The notes below the pieces were generated by a model, which worked only from the letters and a program-made list of their open reading frames with translations, was not told the DNA's origin and searched no databases. DNA of 64,000 nucleotides from Lama guanicoe (taxonomy: Eukaryota). The stretch is from positions 1,512,833 to 1,576,832 of the forward strand of contig MU053376.1 of assembly GCA_013239625.1 (NCBI GenBank), in the 5' to 3' direction. The translations under genes were made by a program, and so were the position numbers. Positions 25,106 to 38,200 of the stretch are shown here, one piece after another (positions within the stretch are counted from its first letter, which is position 1; every line of letters begins with the position of its first letter).

Positions 25106-25534
25106 AACAGGGAGAAAGCACCATCATATTACAGAGTGGCGAGGCTGGATGTGAGACACAGATTATCTAGTGCAGCAGTTTTGACACTTTTTCAAGCTGT
25201 GAAACCCTTTCTTCAAATGAAATCTCCCAAGGAAGCCCAGCACATAAACAGAACCTGCGGAGCTGTGTGGCCTGGCCAGTGGGGGTAGGCCACCCTCTCT
25301 GGGCCATTCCTCTCAATTTACAAATGTATTATTGAGGCTCAGAGAGGTAAAGCAACTGGGCCAAAGTCACACAGCATGTTAGTGACTTCGCCTGTTCTCC
25401 TGAGCCCCTGTCCAGTGTTTATCGGCCACCCAATCACAGAGAAAGAGGTGGCCGAGTGTCTGATGGGCCAAGCCTCCCCCTCCCATGTCTGCAGGGCAGC
25501 CCTGACCCCAGCCCGTGCCCCTGCCAGTCCATAC

Positions 25535-25683
25535 CTGGAGCAGTGCAGCTGTCATGTAGAAGATGATGAAGATGAGTGTGAGAGTGGTGTGCCCACCCTG
25601 CATACAGCTGATGGTGTAGAGGAACACCAGGTGTCCTGGAACCACGAGGAGAAAGAGGACCCGGGCCGAGCGAGAATTCACAT
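25535..25683 (-). CDS. SLC41A1: SLC41A1 exon 10: VNSRSARVLFLLVVPGHLVFLYTISCMQGGHTTLTLIFIIFYMTAALLQ
   Basis: Acceptor ACCCAG, donor CAG|GTATG; 149 nt. Confidence 0.97.
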
Positions 25684-25968
25684 CTGGGTCCAGGGGAGAG
25701 AGGGTGTGAGAAGGAGGAGACCTGGCTCCAGGAGGCCTTTCAAAGTCAGGAGGCCCTACGCTATATTCTGGGCCAGCAGAAAACTGACTGTCCCTACGTC
25801 TCCATCCTGTGGTTCCCAGCCCCCAGGGTGTCCCAGGCAAGGGCAGCCTTCCTGCCTGGGCTGTGCCCTCCAGAACCAACAGAAAAAGAGAACCCATGTA
25901 TCTGGGCCATAGCTGTTTCTTAAGTGATGGCGTGAACCTAGGAGGTGGAGACTCTGGCTTTACGTTAC

Positions 25969-26103
25969 CGGGACTGAAGAAGGTGGTACAAGGGCTGGGG
26001 CAGCGGCGAGGGGCTTGCTCAGAGTTCTCCCCTGGCATCCCGTTCATGTGGAGGAAGGTGGAGATGCGGCTGGCCTGCACGGCCACCAGATTGCCCCCAA
26101 CAC
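25969..26103 (-). CDS. SLC41A1: SLC41A1 exon 9: VGGNLVAVQASRISTFLHMNGMPGENSEQAPRRCPSPCTTFFSP(D)
   Basis: Acceptor CTGCAG, donor G|GTAAC; 135 nt. Confidence 0.97.
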
Positions 26104-27011
26104 CTGCAGAGACACACAAGACCTGAGACGTGGTGGGGCCAGGGAGGTAGTGCATGGCCCCTTCACCAGTCCCTAGGAGAAGAGTGAGACACTAAGAAGG
26201 AAGACAAGGGTACCCCTCCTCCAGAGAGTCTTCCAGGCTCCTCCCATCCTCCTTACTATGGAAATGTGGCAGTCCCATGCACCCCTGGCGTGGCTGAGAG
26301 CGCAAGGAGGGACACGGGCAGATCTGCAGACTCAGGGAGCCTGCCTTCTCCACCAGTGCAGCTGGCGCACCTGCTGTCCCACACAGCCAAGGGGACGGGG
26401 CCCTGCCTTGCCTTAGCCGCTCTCGGAAGCTCTGCACGGACCCAGCCACCCAACGCTCATGCACTGGTTCCAGTAACCAGTTTCAAGCATTAGGTTTGAG
26501 CTCTGAACTCTGGGACCTCTCCCAGGAACTGTGCTAATTACTCTGCCTTTCCACCCCAACCTATTCCCTCAGCCTTGCTCTGAGCCCTGGGAAGCTGACT
26601 TCCACAGATTGCATCGCCCAGCCTCCCTTGCTGGCTGCTTCTAACTGGGTCTGTTCATCAGAAGGCACCAGTAGACAGAAAGGGTGGGAGGAGAGAGAGG
26701 TTGGGTATTTCTTTCCTGATCCCTCCTGCTTTTTGGCAGTGGCTAACCCCTGCGAGGGGCAGAGAAGGGCTCTCTCTGGGCTCCTGCAACACCATTTCCT
26801 CCCCTTGACCCTTGAGGACCAGGGCTTCCTGTTGTTGCTCCCCTCTGGGTCCCTCTAGCCTGCTCCCACCTCTGTGAGCAGCCCCGTCATTAAAGTCTTG
26901 AACTATCTGAGTTGGACTCTCTTGCCTGCTAGAACTCTGACTGATACACAGCCCCCGAGTCCTCTGACCCCGTCCTCTCCTCCCCACCGGCAGCTGACGT
27001 CGAGACCTCAC

Positions 27012-27091
27012 CATTAATCACAGGTGTGAAGACAGCCATCCCTGCAAAGTTGGGGTCTGAGACAGTCTTGTCCAAGATGAGGCCTCCCACA
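27012..27091 (-). CDS. SLC41A1: SLC41A1 exon 8: [26 protein letters not shown](G)
   Basis: Acceptor TGTGTAG, donor G|GTGAG; 80 nt. Confidence 0.97.
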
Positions 27092-27419
27092 CTACACAGA
27101 CACAAAGACAAGATGACACAAAGATCACTGAAGGGTTTGGTTTCGGTCCCTGGGAGGAGAGGACCAGGCCCATCTGGCTGTGGGCAGCAAGGTGGCTCCC
27201 AGGAGTCTCTGGTCTTCCAGTCCTCGCTTCCTTTGCCAGAAGCAGCTGATGTTCTAACATTGACATTGGCACAGTGCCCCGAGCAAGCTGCTGGTGCTGG
27301 GTCAGGCAGCCGCCTCCGGTACCCACCCCCCACGCTGGCCGAGGGGCCGCCTGCTGTTCTGCCTGCTCAGTATTTATTTCCCCTCCTGGGAACAGTGCTG
27401 GGCTTTTCCTCAGGGAACC

Positions 27420-27845
27420 ACCTCTCTCGAACTCAGTCACTGTGGTTCGAGTGACAGTGCTCCAATGATAGCGAGGCCCCAGGCCCATCCAATCAGAGCA
27501 GCACATCCCCAAGGCCACAGTGATTGGCTCGGGGATAACCAGGTGACTGAGTGAGAGCCAATGAAATTCTATAATGGGACTCCGTGGAATTGTTAAGAGA
27601 AAGAAACTCTCTCCCTATCCTGGAATTAGTAAGCATAAGAAAAGAAAAGTGCAGACCTGGAACTGTAGGCCAGCACGGAGGAAAGCAGAACCGACAAATG
27701 GAGACTGCGGGGCCCTAATGATGTCATTTATGTCCCTGAATGCAGGTGTGCCTTTTTAGTTCCCTAGCCAACGTGTTCTGCTTTCTAATGAAACCCATTT
27801 CAGGTGGCTTCTGTTGCTTGCAACAGAAGGACATGTGACTGATCC
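27420..27845 (+). mobile_element. LTR16-like (ERVL) solo LTR in SLC41A1 intron 7
   Basis: ccaatcagagca...ggccacagtgattggctc...agccaatga and 3' end ttctgttgcttgcaac resemble the LTR16 family as I recall it. Confidence 0.6.
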
Positions 27846-27957
27846 ACCGGTGAAGGCATTTCTAGAGTCCATGCCACACTCCCTTTTTCCAGGGCTTAAA
27901 AGGGTCTATGGCAGGGACGGGGGAGGATGGGGGTGGGTATTAAGAGCCCGAGCCTAC

Positions 27958-28105
27958 CTGCTGATGGCCATGGCAATTATGACAGGTTCCCAGCCCGAGT
28001 ACAACACCTCCCTTGTGGCTGGGCTCCGTCGGGCCAGCACCACCCAGACAGGCAGCAGGGCCACGAAGAAGGCACACACCAGGGGGTAGATGTATTGCCA
28101 GACAC
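27958..28105 (-). CDS. SLC41A1: SLC41A1 exon 7: [48 protein letters not shown](S)
   Basis: Hand-translated; acceptor CTCTCAG, donor AG|GTAGG; 148 nt. Confidence 0.96.
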
Positions 28106-28714
28106 CTGAGAGAGGCAGAGATCAGAGAGGGAGGTGAGCACTGTGCCTCCCGGCTCGCAGCCTCCCCTTGGCTCAGCCTGCAAATGTCCCAACAAATCAA
28201 CAGTAATACCACACTAAGTGCCAGTACCTATACTGCCTCATTTGATACTCACTGTAAGCCCAGGAGGTAGGCAGGGCCAGCCTTTTCCATTTTGGAGATG
28301 AGGAAACCAAGGCTGAAAGCTCCTCCCCAGACATTGGACATATTAGGGGTAGGGACCAGATGCCAGGTTTCTTGCTTTGATCCTCAGAAATCCCTGTCTC
28401 CCCTCCTCTTCTTCATTTTGCAAGCAGCTTCCAGCTTTTAGTTCCTTTCCTACCTTACCGCTCCAAGGGAGGTAAGAATCCACAGGACCAAGCATATTTC
28501 TCAGATATTTTCACCCCTGCTCCTACTGCCTGCATGAATTTGAGATAAATACTTAGCCTCATCTCTTGAAGGGAGGGAGTTACTACAAACTGTGTTCCAA
28601 CCAAATTGTTAAGAACATAGAAGAAATCTTTACACTTTTGTAAACCCACTACCATCTCTCCCAGTCCCACGCAGGAGTCCACCCCAGTCACGCTCTCGGT
28701 GGCCTCAGCCTCAC

Positions 28715-28861
28715 CCTGCTCCAGGTAGAGTCCCCAGCTGATGCCTGAGAGCAGTGCCAAGGTGATGAGGTCGCCCAGGCTGGCAGCAATGGGCGTGGCC
28801 ACATTGTCTGGGTTGATTCCTATCTTGCGAGAGCCAATAATGACTCCAATCATGATCATGC
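28715..28861 (-). CDS. SLC41A1: SLC41A1 exon 6: [48 protein letters not shown](G)
   Basis: Acceptor CCCCAG, donor G|GTGAG; 147 nt; MgtE P(D/A)X4PX6D motif. Confidence 0.97.
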
Positions 28862-29004
28862 CTGGGGAGGAAGGAGATGGGCCAGGCAAAGTAAGAAGAG
28901 GTAAGTGGGTATCAATCAACAAAAAGAGAGACTGGAGGTGCCAAGCTTAGTTGACACCTCTGGGCAGCCCTTCCTACTCCCTGCCCCTCCCTTCCCTTCC
29001 TTAC

Positions 29005-29149
29005 CCAGGACCAGGGAGGCAATGAAGGCTGTGGCCACGCTGCTGGCACAGAGCAGGAAGGCATGCGGGATACTGAAGTGGCCGTCAGGGATCCAGCCAA
29101 AGACGACGGCCGCGATGGAAGCCAGGAAGCCCACCACCGTGGCCTGCAC
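29005..29149 (-). CDS. SLC41A1: SLC41A1 exon 5: [48 protein letters not shown](G)
   Basis: Acceptor CCGCAG, donor G|GTAAG; 145 nt; transmembrane segments. Confidence 0.97.
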
Positions 29150-29761
29150 CTGCGGAGGGGAGTGGTAACTCGGAGAGCAGAGAGCTTCTTAGCTGAGGTC
29201 ACTGAGCACTTAGCCAGACCTCTTCCTGGCCCTCAGCAGCCCCAGGAGGCAGGCTGGGCTGGCCTGTCCAACCCTCCCAGGCTGGAATAATCTCTTTATT
29301 TATTTAGTTTCACACCAGACACCAATACTGGGGAATGCACTCTGCAGGAGCCCAGGACATGTTACTGGCTGAGTGAATATTCCTCTGGGGATAGGGGTGA
29401 GACTTCAGTCCAGACACAAGGCCTGGGACCAGTCTGGAAACTGTGTGGCCTCATGGGGAGATGGGACAACAGTGGTCCAGGGCATTTCAGCACCCCTGAA
29501 TCTCCTCCTGAGTCTGATCTGTGGGGACACCAGCTCTCTGGACCACTGGAAGTCAAGAACTGACACTGGAGATACTAGGGTCCCCCCATCTTTGCTGTTC
29601 TCCTAGGAAACCTGGTTACCTCCTAGAGTTGCTTTGGGAGAAGCCAGCTCAGCAGGACACGGGAGCTTTACTCAGGAGCCAGTGGGGGGCTGACCTAAGC
29701 CTTCCAGATTCCTGACCAAGGAGGAAGCTTAGCCCACCTTCTCTGGTACCTGCTCTCTTAC

Positions 29762-29833
29762 CTGGATGAGGGCCATGTTCCCAGTGATCATCCGCCAGAG
29801 CTCCTTGGGTGTGTCCATGTGCCCGATGTTGGC
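29762..29833 (-). CDS. SLC41A1: SLC41A1 exon 4: ANIGHMDTPKELWRMITGNMALIQ
   Basis: Acceptor CTCCCAG, donor CAG|GTAAG; 72 nt. Confidence 0.97.
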
Positions 29834-30953
29834 CTGGGAGAGGGGGGACAAGGGGTCTGGAGCTCCAGGCTGGAAAAGGCCTGTAGCTCCATCCGTTAGG
29901 ACCCTGCCTGGATCAGTAGGCAGTGCATGTGACCTGAGACTCTGGGACCAGGGCACGACCCGCAGGGAGAGTGAAGCAGGGGCAGGGGGCTGGGATGAGA
30001 GGGAAGGAGCTGAAGAGCCTTGAGGTCCTGCAATGGGCTGGGGGTGAGAAGGGGGCTCCCACAGCAGGGCTCCCCACCCTCTTCCTCCCAGGACAGTCAC
30101 TGAGCGGAGGCAGAGTTCATCCTCTGCCCTGCTCATTCGGGTGGCTCATTCCCACCTGGGTTAGAATGACATGATGGATCCCTGGCTCTGAAGCCAGCCT
30201 GCTCTCTTAGGGAAGGAAGTCAGCTGCGGGTGCAGGACAGAGGTTGCAAGAGTGTTTGGGAGGGAGCGAGGTGGCACGGGTAGGCCGGGAGTAGGGCCGG
30301 TTGGGGAGGGCTAGGCTGGCTGCCACTTCTCTCTGCTGCCTTCTCCAGGCTCATGGTTATGCAGGGACATCCCTGCCACCTGGCTCCCCTGGCGTCCTGA
30401 GTTTTAAGGCTTCCAGCCCAGGGCCCTGTATCTGGTTCAGTCTCTGAACCATCATGGCTGATCTAAGCGACCGCGGAGGTGGGGGGAGGGATGAGCAGCC
30501 CCTCTTCATCTCTTCCTTCAGAGAAGCAAGCGGCCATGGGGGAAAGGGAACGGGATGGGAGGCGGGTGCTGGGAAGGCCTGGCTCTGCTCCTGCCCAGCT
30601 GCAGAGTAGGGCTGGAGATCAGAGGAGGCCCCCATCTGTGCAGGTGGAGGGACCAGCGTGAGCCTTGCCTGTCAAAGCTGCACAAACAGTCACGAGGCGG
30701 GTTGCGAAGCAGGGGGTGGGGCAAGAGTCCAGGGATGGCTGGGACATCCAGAAACCGAGCCTGGGAACCACTCTGGGCAGGGAGCCCCTGCCCAGGAGCA
30801 GGACAACCAGCCTGGGATCTCCCTACACCTTTCCACCCCAGCCCCACACCGCAGCCCCGGGCGGCTGAGAGAGGGCTGCAGCGGTCTCCTAGTCGGGTTC
30901 TGTGCTGCCCGGAGTCCTCTGTGTGCCTGACTCCTTCCCGCCAGGACACTCAC

Positions 30954-31061
30954 TGCGGTGGAAAGCCTCGATGCCAGGGTCATTTCCAGGTTCCCCTTAA
31001 GCCCCAGCAGTGCAGGCACCAGGATGAAGACCTCCGTCACCTTCTGGAAGACTTCCCAGTG
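30954..31061 (-). CDS. SLC41A1: SLC41A1 exon 3: [36 protein letters not shown]
   Basis: Acceptor TTGTAG, donor GCA|GTGAGT; 108 nt; MgtE-family PX6GN motif. Confidence 0.97.
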
Positions 31062-32954
31062 CTACAAGGTAAAAACAGAACCCAGGAATTTCAGGGCCCC
31101 AAAGGGCTGGCACCGAGGTTGAACGTGAAACCAAGTTCCCCTAAAAGCGAGTACCCTTCTTGAGTTTATGGTTAATCACTCTATCCAAAACTTTATTCCC
31201 TTTCTTGTCCCCTCTTCCTCAGTCCTGTGCTAACTGAACACAAGCCACCGGAGTCAGGTGGCTAAGACTGCTGAGGTCAATGATAACACTGTTGAAGTAC
31301 AGACTCAGGTTGTTCCTCCAGGGCAAGATGAGCTAACAGATCCTTGGGTCATGGACCATCGGATCGGAGTCTCTTAAAAAAACAGTAAGCATCCAGACTC
31401 CGAAACTACAATTAAGAAGCGTCACAAGATGATGATTAACCCCCAGCTTCTTTGCTCTTCCCCTTGAAAAACTCTCAATTCAAAGACCGAGTGGGAGTGG
31501 ACCGGAGGCCTATCTTCCACTCCCTTGCTTGGCGCCCCGCACGAAGCCCTTCCTTGGCTGCACACGCCGCTGTCAGAGTTTGGCTTTCTGGCTGTGGGCA
31601 CATGCGCCCTTGCTTGGTTACAACTGGACAGTCTGGGGGCAGGGGCTTGAGGAGGAAACGGAATCAGCAGGGGTGAGCACGTCAGCCGCCTTTCCTCCAG
31701 GAACCCTGGAAGCAAACCAAGCCCATGGTGCTCCGAACAACACAGCCCCCCTTCCTGCCACCCAGAAAAGGGGGTGCGCAGAGGGTCCCTTCCGGTCTGG
31801 AGACCCTAGCCCGGCTCTGCTTCCTCTGCATGCTTTGTGGGGCCAGGGGAAAAGACAGTGGGGACCCACAGAGCTGAGTCACCCTGGGCTGGCTTACACC
31901 CCAGAACTCCTTTGCGACCCTCCCTTCAAATCACCTTCAGTCTAGTTTCTCTGTGGCCTCAGCCTTGGGTGGTGTTGTCTCAGCTGTCGAGCGCTGGGCT
32001 CCACGGGGCTGGGGTTGAGGAGATTAGAGTTTGTTTGGTTTCTATCTTCAAGGGTTCTGGGCCTCAGCCACAGCAACCCTCCTTCGGAAAGGGCTCCGAA
32101 GTCAGACCCTGGCCCCCAAACCTCAGAGTGCTGGTCTGCAAGAAGCTTTTTAATCCCCCTCTGAGCTCCCTCATCCCACAGACCTCCCCAAATCTCTCAG
32201 CTAGGAGAGGGGCGTGTCCCCCTGCAGGAAGAGCACTGATCTGGGAGTCAGGAGACGTGAATTCTCGCCCTGAGACACCCCCAGCCCTGGCTCTCCGCCC
32301 ACCCTTTTCTTCAGCTACATCTTTGAAGTCGGCACTTGGTGCTAGGCTAAGTGCTCTATGCGCATTTTCTCATTTCATCCTACCAACATCCCAGTGAGGG
32401 AGGAGCTATTTCAATCCCCATTTTGTAAACGAGGAAACTGAGGTGCAGAGAGCACTGTGCTCCTTAATGCTAGGAAGAAAACATGCAGGAGCCAGGATGG
32501 GCTATTTAAAAGCTGCTTTAGCTGCGACTGAAACTGAAGATGGGCAAAAAGGCTGGGACTGCGCTTCCTCCCTGGCCCCGAGGGCAATGTGGGTTCCGTT
32601 TGGTGCTCCTTTGTTTAAGGGTGGGAAACGTTCAGGTTTGGAGAGGGGAGGGGTCAGGCGGCCAGGCAGAGGTATGCAGGCTGATCCGAGCATCCTGGTC
32701 AGGAGGGAAAGCGCTCTGATGTGCAAGGGAACTGGACTGAGAGCCTTGGGTCCCCCACAAGAGACTGCAAGGCTGGGCCTCATGCTCTCTCCCCAACATC
32801 CTCACACAAAGAGCAGTGGAGGCACCTTAGACAAGTTGCAAGGGCCTTGAGCGCCTGACTATAAACCGTACACTTCAGGGGGCAGATCAGATGGTCCCTA
32901 AAGGCAATGCCACCACCGACATGCTATAGTTAAATATGAGCGAGGTTGTAAATT

Positions 32955-33878
32955 AAACCCACAATGAGGTATCACCTACACCCATGAAGATGGCAACTAT
33001 TAAAAAATCCCAGAAAATAACAAGTGTTGGTGAGGTTGAGGAAACATTGAAACTGTTGTGCACTGTGGATGGGAATGTAAAGTAAAATGATGCAACCACT
33101 ATGGAAAGCAGTATGATCTCTCCTTAAAGAATTAAGAGAACTACTTTATGATTTAGCAATCTCCCATGTGCTAAAAGAACTGAGAGCAGGGTCTGGAAGA
33201 GATATTTGCACATCCATATTCACAGCAGCATTATTCACAATAGCCAAGAGGCAGAAGCAATCCAAGTGTCCCTTGATGGAAGAATGAATAAACAAAACGT
33301 GGTCTATACACACAAGGGAAAAGCTACGCAGCCCTGAAAGGAAGGAAATACTGTTACACGCAACAACATGGATGGACCTTTATTTAATTTATATTTTTAA
33401 TAACTTAGTTTTACTTTATTTTATTTTTGGCAGGGGAAGGTAATTAGTTCTGTTTGTTTGTTTATTTATAGAGAAGGGACTGGGGATTGAACCCAGGACC
33501 TCATGCATGCTAAGCATGCGCTCTACTATTTGAACTACACCCTCCCCCCAACACAGATGGATCTTAAGGACATAATATTAAGTGAAATAAGCCAGTCACA
33601 AAAAAGACAAACACTACGTGATTCCACTTACATGAGGTATCTAAAGGAGTCAAATTCCTAGAAACAGGAAGTAGAATGGTGGTTACCAGGGGCTGGGAGG
33701 AGGCTGAAAAGGGAAGTTAGTGTTCAATGGATGCAGTGGTTGTTTTGCAGGATGAAAAAGTTCTGGAGATCTGTTTTACAACAACGTGAATATATTTAAC
33801 ACTATTGAACTATACATTAAAAATGGTTACAATGATAAATTTTATGTTTTCTTTTTTAAATCACAATAAAAAAAAAGG
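32955..33878 (+). mobile_element. L1 (L1MA/MB-type) 3' fragment with a nested minus-strand tRNA-derived SINE (~33380-33550)
   Basis: ataacaagtgttggtgagg..., atattcacagcagcattattcacaatagccaag..., aataaa plus poly-A; SINE gggactggggattgaacccaggacctcatgcatgctaagcatgcg. Confidence 0.85.
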
Positions 33879-35114
33879 GTGAGCAGGGCTATCAGAAAGG
33901 GCTGAGGCCAGGATTAGAGACCAGGAGAGGCTGGGCCCTGGGGTGTCTTATGGAGGCAAGGACCCCTCTTTCCCTGTTTGAGTTTTTTGTGGGTATGGGT
34001 GTGTTAACGGTGATGGCAGCAGGGTGAGTCCCTACCAGGACCCTGGGAAGGGCTCATCTCATTAAGGCTAGATCCTACCCTTCCCTGAGCTCCTGGCCTG
34101 GTCCCTCACGGGTGGAAGGCCCAGGACTCTTTAGAGAAGCCCCTTTCTGAAGACTAAGGATGGGAAAGAAATCCCCTCTCCCCCGGCAACTGCTGCTGAA
34201 CTTTCAGGCACCCACAGGAAGAGTCAGGAGGGATATAAATCCCTTCTCACCCCTGAGGCCCCCAGAGAGAAGGCAGCCAGCCGCAGTGAGCCCCATCCGC
34301 CCTGGAGGAACTCGGGCACTGTTACTCTTGGACACGGCTGGTGCATACCACCGGGGTTCCAGCTCCCAGCAGGCAAGGCCTTGCACCTCCTCCTCCCTCG
34401 CCTCAACTGGACACGCAGCTCCAGAGATGAAGAATTCCCTCCCCTCCCCTCATCAGGGCAGCCGACTGTGGGTTTTCAAAGCTCCTCTCAGAGCACAGCC
34501 TCACATCTCCTCCTCACTGCAAAACACCTGCCACTCCCGGCTTCTAAGCTGTCAGCTCTGTGAAGAGCTGAGGTCTTCAGGTAGGCCTATGTAATATACG
34601 TACACGTACTGGCAGAGTGAGGAAGCCCGGAAGGAAATACTCCACATGTATGCCAGCAATATTTTCTAAACTGTTTGTAAGGAATATTGTGACTGGCTTA
34701 TTTCACTGTCTTTATGAATGAGAAAAAAATGTATGAAGCTCAGCTAAGCGCTCCCCCCCGACCCCAGGCTGCCACTGTAAGCACTCCCAGGTCCCTCCAC
34801 CTCCCAGCACACGCGCACCCTCTCCTTTAACTGCACGAGGACCTGGAGGGGATGGGGTTTTAGTGGTGATGAGATGCGGGATAGACGGGTGAGGAGAACC
34901 AGCAGCTGCAATACTAGCCCCTATGCAAAAGTCTCCCCAGCCTGTCCAGGAGCAGCCTGAAACCTCCCGCCCCCGGGCCCCCAGCCCAGCAAAGCTCTGA
35001 GCTGGCACTTGGGTCAGAGTAGCCAATTCCCACACACATACTTTCCTCACCCACAAAACCCTCGCAAAGATGAGGCTCAGGCGTGGGAGTCTCTGACGTG
35101 CCTGCGGGTGCGTG

Positions 35115-35259
35115 CACACACACACACCCTGACACACACACACAGACACACACATAGACACAGACACACTCAGACACATATGCAGACACAGACACACACA
35201 CAGACACACAGACACAGACACACTCAGACACATATACACACACAGACACACACACACAC
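35115..35259. repeat. Compound (CA)n/(CAGACA)n microsatellite in SLC41A1 intron 2
   Basis: Read directly. Confidence 0.95.
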
Positions 35260-38200
35260 GGCTCTGGGAAGAGCCCGGGAAGCAGGGTTAGGCTAGTGAG
35301 GTGAGAAGTGGGTAGAATGTGTGCAGACAGTGTCTCTCCTGCCTCCTTAGGCCTAATTCAGGCCCATCCTGTTCATCCTGGCTGGAAGCTCCTGCCCCTG
35401 GAGTCAAACTGGTCAGCCAAGCGCTCACCCACGCCTTCCTGCTCTGCTGGGGATGGAAAAGGGCACACGTTCCAGGAAGTACTGGGTAGGAAGTGGGGAC
35501 AGGACGGGACACCAGATTTCACTGCTTCTCAGAAATGCTGCTCCTCTTCTCTTTCTCTGTCCTTGGCGGGGAGTAGGGGCTCACTGGCTCCTGATATTTT
35601 AAGGGTGAGGGATGAGACTGCAGCCCCCGACACTTAGAAATAATTCTGATTCTGAGCAATCACCCTAAGTCTCGCACCTCAGTGGCCCTGCCGCTACTGC
35701 TTCTCGGTCCTGTCAGCTTGCTCGTCTATCCCTTGCTTCCTCCAGCCTCAAGGGCAGACCCTCGCCTGCCTTTGATTATTCTGCCCTGAGCCTTCTTCCC
35801 CTCCAGGAGGAGAGCAGCTGGGAAGAAAGTCACAGCCCAGAAGAGCTGTAGTCAAAGACGTGAAGAAAACTGAAATCCCTAGAAGCTGTAAGAACCAGGC
35901 TGCGGGAGGACCTGGGACGTTGGGCTGGAGTTGACCTTTCAGGGTGAGGGCTGGGTCAAAATAGATCAGAGTAAACCCAGCCTTCACCTGAGGCTTTCCC
36001 CTTAACCCGCAGACATACTCGAGGTGTCACAGGAGAAGGGCCCCCGGGCAACGCCTGGGTACAGAAGGCTGTACAAAGTGTGATAAAAGGGGCGGTCATG
36101 TGGAACCCGCGTGTCCTGCCCAGGAATGCCAGCAGCCGTGGGGGCAGGCCAGCCATGAGAGGAATGCTCTTTCCCGTTCCACTTCCCCAAGCTTGCCATC
36201 CACTTTCATCTTGGTGGATTCCTCTGTATACACAGCAGGGCAGAAAAGGGGTTATCTGGGGGCAGGAGGGGTGTCTCCTTTCCTTGGGATCCTCAGCAAG
36301 TGAGTAGTGAGTTAAGATAAGGACCTAGGAGTCCCACCTGTCTTAACACAGATGGACGCTCCAGTGAAGGTTGGCACGCCACCTCCTGCCACTTCCATCC
36401 CTCAAAATATTAACAGAAGAGGGGAGTGAGATGCTCTGCAGCAGCCTGAGACCAGACCAGGAGGCGGGGCACAGCATCTCCAGCATTCTTTCCCAAATGC
36501 TATAGGAACTTTCAGCCTCGGTAGGGAACACGCAGCAGATCGCAGCCCACTTTATCCCTTTCCCACTTTTGGCCGGTACGCCAGCCCCTTATCTCACTGC
36601 AGAGGCTGGCTCTACGTGCTGAGTGGAGAGGAGGGCAGATAAGAGGAGACAGAAATGGGCCTTCTGGGGAGAGACTGGGGCTTCTGCAGCCGCGGAGGGA
36701 AACAGGGGGCCCTAGATCAAGGAGACATCTTGCAGCAACACTGGGCCTTCTGCTCAGTTGTTTGGAGGCACTGGGAACACTCTACAGCCAGCTCCTGCAG
36801 GTGGCCCCAGCCTCTCAAGCACTCCCAGATCCTGTCCCACCGAAGGCTATCTGAGCTTGTGAAGGGGGAATGCAGGTGTGAGCCCTTAGAAACCGTCCTG
36901 GTCTTCCTGAATCTGAGGCTGTCAGTCACCCCTCTCACCCCTCTGGATGTGGAATAAGAGTCTCCCTGCGGTCTCACGCCCTGGGCTTTTTGCTCCCACC
37001 CCTGCCATGACATCACTGCAGCTATCTGCAGGGCCTCTCCGGGCCAGCTGCGGCAGGGAGGCTGGGGAGGGGGACAGAGACAAACCGGTCATTGTCATCC
37101 ATACCAACCGGACCCTAGCTCTGGGGTGAGCCGAGGTGGCACACCAAGGGCAAATGCTGGCCATCTGTGGGCACACTGGGCAGGCTTCAAATTTCCTACC
37201 TAGGTCTCTCAGGCTCATGGCTGAGGGCAGGGGGTGGGGGAAGACGTCAGAAGCCTTTTCTAGCTCTAGAACTCTCTGTGTGTGGGTTGGGGGGAGGGGC
37301 TCTCTAAGAACTTCTGTTCCTGCTCACTTGAGAATACAACTCCAATTGTTCCAGATTCTAGTCCACCCTGTTCTTCAGGGAAAGACGAAGCAAGCAGACT
37401 CCTCCCAAAGTCTTTAACCAATTGGCAAACCATGGCCACACTGAAGGCCACAGAGATCAGTGGCGCAGGTTCTGAGTCAGATGACCAGGTTGACTTGTTG
37501 ACTCTGAGCCACAGGCTACCTATCAACAAATTATATTCTACCTTACGGGCCTACAGAAGGGGCCCACCAAATGCTCCCTGCTGACATTCTTATTATCCAG
37601 AAAATAAGTTCACCGCCAGACCCTGGTTCTACACCCCACTGGACACCCCAAACCAGACCTGGGAAACTCTGCGAATGAGAACCAAGGCCACAGGAAAGGG
37701 ATGGAAGACGTGGAGGAGCGGCCACTCTGGTCTCATTTCTCCTCCTCCCATGACCCCCACTAACTGCCCCGGGAGGAGGAGCAGCCGCCAAGGGGAGGAA
37801 TCCAAAGCCCACCTTCCCAGACCCAGGCCGGCTCCCTCATCTCCAGGAGGAGCGAGTCCCCAGACAACAGGCTGAGGGGAGAGGAGGCAGCACAAGGCAT
37901 TTTGGCGTGACATAAACACCATCCTCATCGGTATCCAAAGGTACAGGCTTCTCCTAAAGACCCAAGTCAAAGTGGTCCAGGTGGACACTACCGAAGCAAC
38001 CACCCAGAGCCACCAACCCTCAGTTCCTGGGACACAGACACGGACACATGCCAGCAGGACTCTGTATGACCACATGCATCGTTTGTTGGGTTGACTTGGC
38101 AAAGAGGAGGGGATGCTGAACTCCACATCCTCTTGAGAGATTCCATGGTCAGGGACACACTGGGTTGGGGGGCGGTGGCAGTGGGGAAGGACAGGGGATG

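Noticed and set aside
25376..25912. 178-aa antisense ORF and similar ORFs at 30555-31163 and 39277-39708
   Set aside because: Antisense shadows of SLC41A1 coding exons.
34712..35296. Cys/Val- or His/Thr-rich ORFs
   Set aside because: Translations of the (CA)n compound microsatellite.
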